Shown here piece by piece: positions 12,341 to 26,989 of a DNA stretch of 64,000 bases (its first letter is position 1; the number at the start of each line of letters is the position of its first letter). The translations under genes and the position numbers were made by a program. Under the pieces are notes generated by a model. It saw only the letters and a program-made list of their open reading frames with translations, was not told where the DNA came from and did no database searches. Location: NCBI RefSeq assembly GCF_009914755.1, contig NC_060928.1, one strand, 5' to 3'. The DNA comes from the human T2T-CHM13v2.0 reference genome, Homo sapiens.

Positions 12341-14479
12341 TGCAAAAAAGTAACAATTTTAGATCAAGTTCAATATATTTTATTTCAGGGAGATATTTTC
12401 TTGTCTTAAACAGTTTTAACCCAATCATATAATAACAACACATGCAAGAGGATTCTTTCTTATAGATGTTGTGCATATTTACTATTTTAAAAATGGTTTT
12501 AAATGAGAATGACCACCATTCCTGCAATTAAAAATTTTTAAATGCAGAAGAGTCCAAGAATGGTAGCTTGTTTTTTTTCTCTTTTGTTTTTGTTTCTTAC
12601 CAGAAAAAAAGATTCAGAATTTTAGATTATCCCTCATTAAGTCTTGAGTTTCTGGCCTTGAAAGTTAAGCATGTCTTCAGCTCTAAAGAAGCAGATTAAG
12701 CCAGTTGTGCTGGCAGCTTGAAGCATTTGGAAGCTGGCCAGAACTGCCAAAGAATTTTTTTTGCCCTTTTTATTCTCTTCCTTTCCACCAGGCTAGCTCC
12801 GGGAGTCCATCTGCAGAATCAAATGAAAATCAATCCCTTTTTATGCAAACCTTCCTGAAACAGCAAGGCTATGTTTGGTCACAAGGGCGGAGGTTCGTGC
12901 AGTGGAAGCCCTGGTGGTGATTTCTCCCAGCTCAGGGCTTGCCAAAGTCGTCTCCACCTCATAGTGATGAAAGGCTGGATCAAATGGCTCTCAAAGCCAA
13001 CTTCTATTAGACTTGCCTTTTCTAAAAATAGTGCACTTCAGTAAACACCATTGTGAGTTTGCAGTTTACTTGCTGGGGAGTACATTGCCACCTCCACCAA
13101 AATTTCACGCATGCATGTATTTATTTATATCTTATTGGACCTTCTTTTATCAGTTAAAACCCCCAGCAAATTTATTTTTTGTTTTAAAATCTGATATTTA
13201 ATCAATTCCTGTTCAATGATTTAGAAAAAGTATGAATAAAAAGATCTCTGAATCAGAGCAGGTTGAATGAAAGAAGATTAACCAAAGATAAGATTGAAGT
13301 TTCTGCAGTTCTTGGAAAATGCCAACTGAGGTTGCAGAGAACCACTGCCCTGTGTCCTCATGGACAGTTTCACAGTCAAAAAAAGGATTGGGTCAATCAA
13401 ATTAAGGTAGTGCATTGCTTGCTACAAATTCTCCTGAGTGGTGTTTACAGATTATAAATATGTATCCTGTTTTATTGTCTGAAAGGACCCTAACAGTGGA
13501 GGTACTGACCTTATTTTTGGTTTATGTTCACCTTTGATCCTGACAGAAACTAAATCTCTCTGTTCTGTAGCCAGCACCTGATCCTTGGACTTCAGTCCAC
13601 CCTCACCTAAAAAAAGATAGTGGAGAAAAAGCACATCAAGTGTGCAAAGCTCAGCACTGATTTAGGACAGGAACCAAGGAACATGATCTCCAGTGGAAGC
13701 CACGGGGATCACCAAGGGAGGATGTGATGGTTTAAGCTGACTTTAGCCCAAGGGGTCCCCATGCTGGTGGGAGAGATGTGGGAATCTGAATAACCACAAA
13801 TGGGCAGAGTATACTCTTTGTGGCATATTGGAGAGGTGACACTATGAAACCAGCTTCCCCCAACATTAGGGTCAACTGCATTAGATTTTGTGCAGAGGAA
13901 ACCTCAGAGTCCCAGTGAATCATGGTCCCTTCCACCCATCATTTTCAACACCTGTTATTTCTTTCAAAGCTTGTTTGTTCTCTGGAAGATTTCTATTTTA
14001 TCAGTTTATCAAGTCAACTCAACAAATTAGGATAACAGTTTTGGAAAACAAATCTTTCAATCTGAAAGCAGGTAGAAAAAAAAAGAAATAAGTGTTATAT
14101 AACGCTAGCTAAAAATGAAAGAAGTGATAACAATAGGCAGAACAAAATAGGAGAGTTAAGAAGTTAAAATTTTGTGGATTTTTTTGTATTTTGCCCTTTT
14201 TCTTTTTCTCTTTTTGTGCCTATCAACTATTTGTATATTCTTCAGGTACTCAATTATTCCATCTTCAAAATGAATGGAAACTAGTGTTTCATGCATTTAT
14301 AAGATGAGAATCCCACTATAGAAAAATCCCCCCTGCCAATTTTTTTTACTTACAAAATTTAAATGAGGACATGGTTTTCTTCTTTGTAAGAGGATTCTTC
14401 AGTAGCTTTCTCAAAAATCAGAATTATTCAGAATAAAGCTTTTACAAATAGCTGCCAAATAGTGGAAAGAATCGAAAAA

Positions 14480-14740
14480 TCTCAATTTATGTTCCAGCCA
14501 CATTATTTATTAGTTCTGCCTTGAGGACTTGTCAGTTAACATTTTTGAGCTTTTGTTTTCTTTTATGTAAAACAGAGATAACAACACCTACTTCACAGAC
14601 TTGTTAGTGATGAGATAATTTGTGTAGAAGCTCTTGGTTGAACAGACTCATTTATTTGTGAAGTCAGTGAACATTCATCAAGTGTCTACTATGTGTCAGA
14701 TACATATATGTGTTAAGCACTGATAAAATCAACACAGTGT
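14480..14740. mobile_element. MIR (+) fragment followed by an L2 (-) 3' fragment
   Basis: tgtaaaacagagataacaacacctacttcacag; cattcatcaagtgtctactatgtgtcaga. Confidence 0.5.
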
Positions 14741-15573
14741 GTGTAATTTCATCTGCAATTTTCCTGTCTTACAGATGTCCACCCTGGGTTAAAATGCTTA
14801 GTAAATGTTTAAATAAACTATAGTTGCTACATATTTTTAGAATGTCACCATGATAAAAACTATTTAAAAGTAAAATTTGGTTTCTATGTAGTGTATCTAC
14901 AACTTATCAGAAATATATCTACTGTGTACAGTAATGGGCAAGTACACATATTCATTTACTTCTTCACATATTTCAGGTACATCATGGATTGTGAACAAAG
15001 GGTCTACTTCTAGAATACTTACAAACTTTATTGGCTATGATGAAGCAAAGGAAGGTGCATGTATCTCAGCCTTTCCCAAAAAGAGAATGGAAAGAAAAGG
15101 ACTCTTGGTTTTGGGGAGCAGATCCTATGGAGGAGCTTAGCAATCTAGAGACTCTTCCACATTCTTCTGCAGTCCATATCCTGAGCCCCTGAATTGGGCA
15201 CCATTGTGGAGTGTCCCTACTGGGACTAGTTTCCAAGCTGTGACACATTGATGGAAGTTTTCCCTCAGTCTGCTTTGATACAAAGGGCTTTATATTACCT
15301 TCTTATGGGGTCCTTCCCCAGCTACCTCAGAGCCTGTTGCCATCGGCATTCCTCTCTTACCTCTCTCAGCACCTGTGTGGAGCAATAACTGTTTCAGTCT
15401 TACATTAGATCTTAGGGCTTATATACCTCCCATGACATTTCTCAAGAAGCTGTGTAGACTATCTTTGGAAATTTTTGTTTGCACAATCATAAGAAGAAGA
15501 GTTGAAGCATTGCACAACTCAAAGAGGCTTCAAACACATTCTGGTCTATAATCATAGCACATTTTAAAGTTGT

Positions 15574-15881
<308 letters not shown>

Positions 15882-16079
15882 TAAAGTTGTGTTAGTGCAC
15901 AGCACATCTAGCCATACATGGCAACCCCAATAGGAAAACTAGAAGCTCTACAATATTCCTTAAACTGAATCTGAAGCTTGATTACATGTGAAATCTACAC
16001 TCTCTTTCATGCCCCTGAAAATTGTTTTGGCCACTTTAATCTGGCTTTCTAGTCAGTTAGCACTGGAAAGTGTCCTAAG

Positions 16080-16530
16080 TAGAGGCATGCTTAATATCTA
16101 GGAATCTATCTCCTCCTCTTTATTTGAATTATCACTGCCTTAGTTCAGGTCTCTATCATCTTTCCCCTGAGTTACTGTTACAGCCTCCTATCTGGTCTCC
16201 CTGCCTCAATCTCTCCTTGTCCCCATTCATTTTCTGGTGTTGACAGGGTGACCCATCTAAATCACAATCTGATCATACCATTCCCCTGCTTGCTTTTAAC
16301 TTTGATAACTTTCCACTCCCTTCAGAATAAAATCCAAACTCCTTAGCACAGTTATAAAACCCTTCATGATTCTGGCTTTTGTTCTTATCTTTTGCTTCTG
16401 TAATACCATGCTTGCTCAAGTCAAGTTAAGGGCTCTGCATTTGATATTCCCTCTGCCTAGAATTTCCTTTTACCCTTCCATCTCTTTTAACTGACCAAGC
16501 CCAGCTTGGATATAACCCCCCCTGGGAGCA
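16080..16530 (+). mobile_element. L2 fragment
   Basis: cagcctcctatctggtctccctgcctc...agaataaaatccaaactccttagc...ttccctctgcctagaat. Confidence 0.7.
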
Positions 16531-16555
16531 ATTTGAAGACAATAAAAATACTTCT

Positions 16556-16861
<306 letters not shown>

Positions 16862-17689
16862 CTACTGGAAAGTAACAGTCTTGAAGAAAATTTCAGAGAG
16901 AAAGAAATTCATGCCTGGTCCACCACACCCCTGATTCACAGGGGTCAGTTGCTTGCGGCAAGTTCAGTAAATTATATAGAGTAAGGACATGCTGAGCCAA
17001 GCTACTATTTTCCTTCCTAACCTCTAGGCCAAATGTCAGGGCTGACACCAAGGAGGCGGGCACTTGGGTACTTGTAAGTGCCTCTGGGCTGCCACTCAGA
17101 GAAAATCAGATGTCTAAAAGACCCCATGAGAGGCAGCTGCAAGTCACATGGGAAGTAAAAGATGGAAAATGTGACAAAAAAAGTATAAGCTCAAGAAGTA
17201 GAAAAACTGAGTTCTGGTCACAAGATCTTTAGATTCCAGTTTATCACTTTAATGCAAAAGGACTGGACTCTGTCATAGGTTGTCATATTGTGCTTCATAT
17301 AGCCTGGGACAATTCTAGATATTTCTCAAGGACCACCATGGGGGAATAAAGATGATGAATATAACTCCCCCAGAACAGCTCCTCTCTTGATGGATATTCT
17401 GTTTTTCTGTGTATGATTGCAACTGAAGAAAGGGTCATGCTGCTTAAAACGCATTGCGAATCTCTAAAAGAAATTAATAAACAGCAGATGTTCCTTGAAC
17501 CAACATGTACTTCACCTTCTCCCAGAGTTAAGTAAGATGTGCTGACAGATGCACTTGGTGGCTGATGGGGCACTGCTGTGGGCTGTTCCCACAGAGAGCT
17601 ACCCCCGCTAGTCCCTCCAGGAGAGCCACTTACTGTCCAAGGATCAGTTGGACTTTGTCTTCAAGCCAGTAAATGCCAGTCGTACTTGT

Positions 17690-20360
17690 TATTTTGATTA
17701 TATTGATTTAATTATCTGTTATATAAGCCAGTGAAATAGAGTGAAAAGAGAGTACTTTTTTAAATATGGTTTGACTGTGTCCCCGCCCAAATCTCAACTT
17801 GAATTGTATCTCCCAGCATTCCCATATGTTGTGGGAGGGACTTAGGAGGTGATAATTGAATCATGGGGGCCAGTCTTTTCTGTGCTATTCTCGTGATAGT
17901 GAATAAGTCTCACAAGATCTGATGGGTTTATCAGGGGTTTCCGCTTTTGCTTCTTCATTTTCTCTTGCTGCTACCATGTAAGAAGTGCCTTTCACCTCCC
18001 ATCATGATTTTGAGGCCTCCTCAGCCATGTGGAACTGTAAGTCCAATTAAACATGTTTTTCTTCCCAGTCTCAGGTATGTCTTTATCAGCAGCATGAAAA
18101 GGGATTAATATAGTAAATTGGTGCCAGTAGAGTGGAGCATTGCTGAAAAGATACCCGAAAATGTGGAAGCAACTTTGGAACTGGGTAACAGGCAGAGGTT
18201 GGAACAGTTTAGAGTGCTCAGAAGAAGACAGGAAAAGGTGGGAAAGTTTGAAACCTCCTAGAGATTTGTTGAATGGCTTTGAGAAAAATGCTAATAGTGA
18301 CATGGACAATAAGGTCCAGGCTGAAGTGGTCTCAGGTGGAGATGAGGAACTTGTTGGGAATGGAAGCAAAGGTGATTCTTGTTATGTTTTGGCAAAGAGA
18401 CTGGCAGCATTTTGCCCCTGCCCTAGAGATTTGTGAAACTTTGAACCTGAGAGATGATTTAGGGTATCTGGTGGAAAAAATTTCTAAGCAGAAAAGCATT
18501 CAAGAGGTGACTTGGGAACTGTTAAATGCATTCTGTTTTAAAAGGGAAACACAGCATAAAAGTTCAGAAAATTTGTAACCTGATGATGCAGTAGAAAAGA
18601 AAAACCCATTTTTTGAGGAGAAATTCAAACTGGCTGCAGAAATTTGCATAAGTAGCAAAGAGCTTAATGTTAATACCCAAGACCATGGGGGAAAATGTCT
18701 CCAGGCCATGTCAGAGACCTTCACAGCAGCTCCTCCCATCACAGGCCCTGAGGCCCAGGAGGAAAAAGTGGTCTCATGGATCGGGCCCAGGGTCCTCGTA
18801 CTAGGTACAGCCTAGGGACTTGGTGCCCTGTGTCTCAGCCACTCCAGTCATGGCTGAAATGGGCCAAAGTACAGCTTGGGCTGTGGCTTCAGAGGGTGGA
18901 AGTCCCAGGCCTTGGCAGCTTCCATGTGTCAGTGAACCTGCAGGTGCACAGAAGTCAAGAATTGAGATTTGGGAACCTCTGCCTAGGTTTCAGAAGAGGT
19001 ATGGAAACACCTGGATGGCCAGGCAAAAGTTTGCTGCAGGGGCAAGACCCTCATGTAGAACCTCTGCTAGGGCAGTGTGGGAGGGAAATGTGGGGTCAGA
19101 GCCCCCACACAGAGTCCCTACAGGGGCGCTGCCTAGTGGAGTTGTAAGAAGAGGGCCACTGCCTTCCAAAAGCTAGAATAGTAGATCCACCAACAGCTTG
19201 TACTGTGCACCTGGAAAAGCTGCAGACACTCAGTGCCAGCCCGTGAAAGCAGCCAGGTGGGAGCCTGTACCCTGCAAAGCCACAGGGGCAGAGCTGCCCA
19301 AAACCATGGGAATCTACCTCTTGCATCAGCATGACCTGGATGTGGGACCTGGAGTCATAGGAGATCATTTTGGAGCTTTAAATTTTGACTGCTCTGCTGG
19401 ATTTCAGACTTGCATGGGACCTGTAATCCCTTTGTTTTGGCCAATTTCTCCTATTTGGAATGACTGTATTTACCCAATACCTGTATCTCCATTGTATCTA
19501 TGAAGTAACTAGCTTGCTTTTGATTTTACAGGCTCATAGACAGAAGGGACTTGCTTTGTTTCAGATGAGACTTTGGACTGGGGACTTTTGGGTTAATGCT
19601 GAAATGAGTTAAGACTTTGGGGGACTGTTGGGAAAGCATGATTGGTTTTGAAATGTGAGGACACAAGATTTGGAGAGGTCAGGAGTGGAATGATATGGTT
19701 TGACTGTGTCCCCACCCAAATCTCAACTTGAATTGTATCTCCCAGAATTCCCACGTGTTGTGGGAGGGACCCAGGGGAGGTAATTGAATCATGGGGGCCA
19801 GTCTTTTCCATGATATTCTCATGATAGTGAATAAGTATCACAAGATATGATGGGCTTATGTTAAAAAAAAACCACTTTTGCTTCTTCCTTATTTTCTCTT
19901 GCAGCCACCAGGTAAGAAGTGCCTTTCACCCCCCACCATGATTCTGAGGCCTCCCCCAGCCATATGGAACTGTAAGTCCAATTAAACCTCTTTTTCTTCC
20001 CAGTCTCAGGTATGTCTTTATCAGCAGTGTGAAAACTGACTAATACATTTTTTCTATGAATACTAAGAAGTATTAGCATCAGAAAACTAATTACTAACAA
20101 TGCTGCTGAGGAGTTATGTATGAATGAGTTAATTCTTTGGGGAAAGATTGTAAAAATCTAGATGGAAGCTACTCTCAGATTGTTTTATAACTATCTTGGA
20201 GTGTTAATTCTACTTTAAAGAAATCTATAATGCATAATACATTAAGAAATTTTACAAAATACAAAAGTGACATCCACATAAAAGAGGCAACAACAGAACT
20301 CCAAACACCATGTTCACACCAAAATCATCATTGGATCTACATTAGACATTAGAAAATAAA
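17690..20360 (+). mobile_element. Ancient Tigger (Tigger15a-like) DNA transposon fragment split by THE1A
   Basis: 17690-17760 (agtgaaatagagtgaaaagagag) continues at 20050-20360 (ttctatgaatactaag...ggggaaagattgtaaaaatctaga...ctcagattg); resembles the recalled consensus. Confidence 0.5.
17762..20047 (+). mobile_element. Complete THE1A MaLR element (5'LTR 17762-18112, internal 18113-19690, 3'LTR 19691-20047)
   Basis: Two ~350-bp direct repeats matching THE1A (ctcaacttgaattgtatctcccag...taataca), internal region starting gtaaattggt, purine tract before the 3'LTR, TTTTT on both flanks. Confidence 0.95.
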
Positions 20361-21707
20361 TAAACTTCTATAGTTTAAGATAAAATAAAATATTTAAACA
20401 TAGATACATATATCTGTATGATTCCCCACTTTGACTTTAAATTAACTGCAAGTGCTGTCATCTAAGTTTATATGTGTGGAAGAAACAAATGAAAAAATAT
20501 TTCTTGTGCAAAAATGAAACAACCCACAGTATCAGCTTATAATCTGAGGTTCTGATGGCATTTTTTTTCTTCCAAACAGAGAAGACACTTCTATTAAAGT
20601 GAACACTGACTGGCCTTGCATATGTGCAGCTGTTGGGCTCAATGACCACTATAACACAGAAAACATGGTTGTTTCCAACTACAACAGCTGTCCCTGATTT
20701 TTAGTCTTTCTTAAGTTTCAGCAGAGACTGCAGTATCGTCATGGAAAAAAAAAGTTGGACAAGAAGAAGAAAGATAGCTGGGGGTGTGGAGTGAATGATG
20801 TGACCTGGAGACTCTCTCTCTCACTAGTCAGTATATTTGTAGTGCAACAGGGCTTTGCTTGGCAAGCCCAATGTTACAAAGATTTATTGATTCTGCTTTC
20901 CACTGTGATCAGCCACTGAGTGACTTGTCTCATTTTTGGGAGTAGTGTATGTCTACCATACAAAGCATTCTTTGCCTAGAAACTATTGTAACTGTTTACC
21001 GCAAAATCAGTATTGCTACGGGTCAGTAGAAACGTGCCAACTAGGTGGGCATTGATCAAACAAGAGAAATATATTAGTTACTTGAAAGATTCACTATATT
21101 CTTTGGTGGAAGGTATAGCCATTCTGAAAAGTGAATGGCACATAAAACAGTTTTGTGAAAGACTAATTTATTTTATTAGGAGTCTTTCTGACCTATAATT
21201 AAAGTACAACATTTAGCAAACAAATAAAGAGCTTAATGTTTTAAATTACATACAAGGCATGAGCCTCCTAAATGGCATCCTGTCACCTGGAGAATCTCAG
21301 GTGGAAAAGCAAACAGCGTATTCAAAACCTCTGAAAAACAAACATCTCCTGTATCTTATCACTCTCCTGACCTCCTTACACCTCTTGCCTATGGCAGCCA
21401 TTTTCTCAGTACAGATATATTTCAAGAATATTAAAATATCTTTTCTTTTTAATAACACAATTGAAATTACATTTTATGTACTGTTCTTCAACTTATTTTA
21501 TGTGTCTCATTTTTGGGGGTCTTCTTCCCCCCCCCAGCCTTATTAAGGTACAATTGACAAATAGAAATCATATATATTAAAGTACACAATGTGATATTTT
21601 GATATATGCATACACTGTGAAATTATTACCACAATCAATCTACTTAACATATCCATCACCTCACATAATTAGCTTTTTTTTCTGTTGCTGAGAATATTTA
21701 AGATCTA

Positions 21708-21926
<219 letters not shown>

Positions 21927-22350
21927 TTACTAACTATAGTCACCATGCTATACATTAGATCTCCAGAGCTTATTATCCTATATAGCCAAAGCTTTGTACC
22001 GTTTGAGCAATATCTCCTCATTTCTCCTACCTCTCCCTACCCCTGGCAACCACCATTCTACTTTCTGCTTCTATGAGTTTGACGTTTTTAGATTCTACAT
22101 ATGAGATCATGCAATATTTGTCTTTATGTGCCTAACCCATTTCATTTAGCATAATGTTCTCCAAGTTCATCCATATTGCAATTTCCTTCCTTTTTAAGGC
22201 TCAATAATATTTCATTGTATATACATGCCATGTTTTCTTTATTCATTCATCCTTTGATGGACACTTAAGTTTATTTTATATCTTGGCTACTGTGAATAAT
22301 ACTACAATGAACATGAGAATGTAGATATCTTTTCAAGATACTGATTTCAG

Positions 22351-22680
22351 GGCCGGGAACTGTGGCTCATGCCTGTTATCTCAGCACTTTGTGAGGCCAA
22401 GGCAGGCAGATTGCTTGAGTCCAGGAGTTTGAAACCAGCCTTGGCAACACAGTGAGACCTTGTCTCAAAAAAAAAAAAAAAAAAAAAAAAAACAGCAAAA
22501 AGAAATACAAAAATTAGCCCAGCATGGTGTTAGGTACCTGTAATCCCAGCTATTCAGGAGACTGAGGCAGGAGGATCACCTGAGCCCAGGAGGTGGAGGC
22601 TGCAGTGAGCCATGATCATGCCACTGCACTTCAGTCTGGGCAACAGAGCAAAACCCTGTCTCAATAATAATAATAATAAA
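22351..22680 (+). mobile_element. AluJ SINE with expanded middle A-tract
   Basis: gattgcttgagtccaggagttt, ggaggatcacctgagcccagg, ggctgcagtgagccatgatc; TSD core atactgattt; (AAT)n tail. Confidence 0.9.
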
Positions 22681-23042
22681 AGAATACTGATTTTATTTCC
22701 TTTAGATATTTTAGATATAGACTCAGAAGTGAGATGGCTGGTTCATGTGGTATTGCTGTCTACTCTCCCTTCAATTCCGTTTATGTTTGCTTTATATATT
22801 TAGGTCCTCCAATGTTGGGTGAATATATATTTACAATTGTTACATCTTCTTGATAAATTGACCCTTTATCATTATATAATGACTTTCTTTGTTTCTTGTC
22901 ACAGTTTTTGACTTAAAGTCAATTTTGTCTGATATAAGTATAGCCACCTCTGCTTTCTTTTAGTTACCATTTTTGTGAAATATTTTTTCCAACCCTGCAC
23001 TTTCAGCCTATGTGTGTATGTGTGTACTTAGGACTATGTTGA

Positions 23043-23425
<383 letters not shown>

Positions 23426-26361
23426 CTATGTCTTTTAATTAGATATTTTAATCTGTTTACATTTAAAATAATTATTGACAGATAAGAATTTACTGTTGTC
23501 TTTTGTTAATTGTTTTCTGTGATTTTGTAGTTCCTTTCTTCTTCTTTTCTTGATGTCTTTCTTTCTGATTTGATGATTTTGCAGTGTTATGCTTATTCCT
23601 TGATCTTTTGTATACCTACTAGACATTTTTTTGTGTCATTACCATGAAGCCTACATAAATCATCTCATAGTTAGGACAGCCTGTTTTAAGCTGATAACAA
23701 CTTAACTGATAACAACTTAATTCTGATCACATACAAAAACTCTATGCTTTAATTTCTCCTCCTCCCATATTCAGTGTTTTTGACCTCACCATTTACATCT
23801 TTTTATATTATCCATCCATTAACCAATATTATAATAATAGTTATTTTTAATAGTTTTATGTTTCATATTAGAGGTCAAAGTAATTTACATACTACTATTA
23901 CATTATTAGAGTATTCTGCATTTGACTATATTCTTATCTTTACAGTGAGTTTTATGTTTTTATATTGTTAGTTAGCATCCTTTTTCTCAACCTGAAGAAC
24001 TCACTTTAGTGTTTCTTGCAAGGCAGGTCTACTGGTAATGAACTCTCTTTGCTTTTGTTTGTCTATGAGTCTCTATCTGTCTATTTCTGAAAGACAGCTC
24101 ACTTAAATATAGTATCCTTGGTTGGCAGAGGTTTTTTTTTTTTCAGCACTTTGAATATAACATTACACTTTCTCCTGGCCTGCAAGATTTCTGCTGAGAA
24201 GTCCACTGATGGTTTTATGAGAGTTCCTTACTTGTGACTGGTCACTTTCCTCTTAATGCTTTCTAAATTCTCCCTTTGTAGTTAACTTTTGAGACTTTGA
24301 TTGTAATGTGTCCCAGTGACCATTTCTTTATTTATCTGAGGTTCTTTAATTATTTGAATTTGTGGAGCTGAATGTTTATTTACCCCTTCACATTTGGAAA
24401 GTTTTCTGTAATTATTTCTTTAAATAGGCTTCTGCTCTGTTTCCCTTTCTTTGCTCCTTCTGAAACTTTCATAATTGGTTTGCTTGATGGTGTACTACAA
24501 GTTCTGTAGGCTTTATTCACTCTTTTTCATTTTCTTTTCTTTTTGTTTATCTGTAACTTCTAGTGGTGTATTTTTGAGCTCACTGATTCTTCCTTCTGCT
24601 TGACTGAGCCTACTGTTAAAGCACACCATGGAGGTTTTTAGTTCAGTCATTGTGTTCTTCAGCTCCAGAATTTCTGATTGGTGCTTGTTTATGGTTTCTA
24701 TCTCTTGAACTTATCTTGTTCATGTATTATTTTTCTGATTTTATTTCATTGTCTCTGTTCTCTTGTAGCTAGGTGGAGCATCTTTAAGACAATTATTTTG
24801 AGTGCTTTGTCAGACAGTTCATGCATTTTCATTTTTTTAGGGTTGGTTTCTTGTGTTTTATTTTGTTTCTTTGGTGGTGCTGTGCTTCCCTGATTATTAA
24901 TGATCCATGTGTCTTTGTATTGGTGTCTACACATTTAAGAAGTAGACACCTCTTTCAGTATTTACAAACTAGCTTCAAAAGAGAAAGCTATTCTCCCATC
25001 ACCTTGCCTAGAAATTCTAAGTGGGCCATCTAGTGGGGTCCATGTGTGTGCTTCCTGTTGGTGTACTTAGGTGGTCTGACCTCATACCAGGGTCTGCAGG
25101 GATGTGCCTGGATCTGAGTCCAATGGGATGGGGCTCATGATGGGTCCATAACAATTGGCCTGGAGTCTGTGTCTTCAGGGACAAGCCTGGAGACTGGGTC
25201 CACAAGAGTGAGCCTGAAATTTGTTTCCATAGAAGCTGACCTGGTGCTGGAGCATGACTTAAGTATGAGTCCACTGGGGCTGGCCTGGTGCTGGGGCAGG
25301 CCTGGAACCTGAGTCCACGGAGATGGGCTTGGCACTTGGGTCCATGGGAGTGGGCCTGGTGCCAGGGTTAACTAGAGTTGATGGTGAAGTCAGGTGCTCA
25401 CTTCACTCTTCTTCCCCTAGGTGGAGGGTATCTTTTGCCATACTGTGGTGCCCAGGTTTGTGGAGGAGTGATGCAGATAAGGTGAAACTGTTCTTTCTAC
25501 CTTCTTTAGGGTGTCTTTTTTTATATCTATGCTCCACCCAAGTGCTGTAATATCTTATATGGATTCCTTAGCTCTTGTGAAGATGTTTTCATGCATGGAT
25601 GGTTGTTCAAATTGGTGTTTCTGTGAAGGAACAAGTACTGAAAATTTCTCCTCCACTATCTTGCTGATATCACCCTCCTACACTCACTTTTAAGCTATAC
25701 CGCAGTGTACAATTCTATGCATTTACTAAAGCTTATTTAGTTAGATAGCTCATGTTTTATTTTATAATTGAACAAGGTCATAATGGAACAAAACCATTTA
25801 AAACAATATAGAATGATAAAACTTAAAAAAAAAAAAACTTCTGACCATTTGAGAGGTACAATAGCTACTCTGAGGGGTGGGGAAGGGCCTGGCCTCTGAA
25901 GATTATCAATTTCTCTTGAGAGCAGAAATAGACCTGCTGGTGATGAGCTTTTCAATCTTTCATGAAATTCAGGGCTAGTTCTCACGCTCAATGAGAAGGT
26001 GTTTAATTTCTCAGGGAACAATTCACAGAACAGAACTTTAGTAATATCAGGAAATATTTCCCAACATTGTCATTACCTTTAACTGATCTCTCCTAGTTTA
26101 TAACACCTCTGCAAAGGTGTTAAGTAAGTTGGAATCAGAGTTTTCAAAAGCCAGTCTCTTCTGGAGTAGCAGGTGTCAAACCATTACAAGGGCTCATTAT
26201 TCCCTTAATTAATTTTTTTCCTTTATTTATACCGTGCTTACTGATTTGGGGTAGGCTGAGTGAGCTTAATGGAGTCTCCCAAACTGTAACAGCCAACTGG
26301 AGCACAGTTCTTAATGGGATAAAAATAGTCATGCTTCCCAGCTTCCATCCAAAGGGGTAGT

Positions 26362-26940
26362 TGCGGAGAGTTGCAGAGTTCCATAAAAAGGGCATTAACA
26401 TCTTCCAGCCTTGCTGACTTTGAAAAACCTGCCCCTCCTGGGCTAGCTAATTCCCAGAGATAGTAAACAACTAGCCTGTGAGTGTCTTTTATATGTACGC
26501 TAACCAATTAAGGTTCCATACCCCCAACCACCTCCTCCACTGGGCTCTCACACTCAGGGCTATTATACCCCTTTCCTGATCACCCCAGGGCATGGCACCA
26601 GAAAACTAGAGACAGGTTTATGCCCTAGAGCCTGCTGAAATTACTCAAACTAGCCAATCCTAAATCTGCATACCCTGCCTGTTCTGTTCCTTCCCATGAA
26701 AACCACCATAATGGTTATTTCCCACATTTCCCACTAAATCTCTCTGCCTCCTGACTGACTCTGGTGTTTCTCCATGTCCCCGCCCCCAACCCAACCCCTA
26801 ACTCAGCTTGGGTGTGGTGTGGCAGGCCCTCCTCCTCTGGGGATGTGTGAGTATAACAAACTAAATTTTTAATAACAGTGATCTCCTGATCTGCTGGCCC
26901 CACTATGCTTGAATAACAATAAAGCCTACATTTTCAAACA
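26362..26940 (+). mobile_element. MER74-like ERVL solo LTR
   Basis: gctaattcccagagatagtaaacaac...gcctgctgaaattactcaaactagccaatcctaa...aataaagcctacattttcaaaca. Confidence 0.72.
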
Positions 26941-26989
26941 AATGGGTGGTACCTGCCAACTTGGCTTTGCATGTTGTTCCTTGTATGCA

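Noticed and set aside
18140-19503. ORFs in the THE1 internal region
   Set aside because: Fragmented remnants of the known MaLR internal ORF.
25020-25400. Degenerate GC-rich repeats (gggtcca..ggcctgg) resembling a repeat-spacer array
   Set aside because: They sit in the 5'UTR position of the old L1M, where tandem subrepeats are typical; spacing is irregular.
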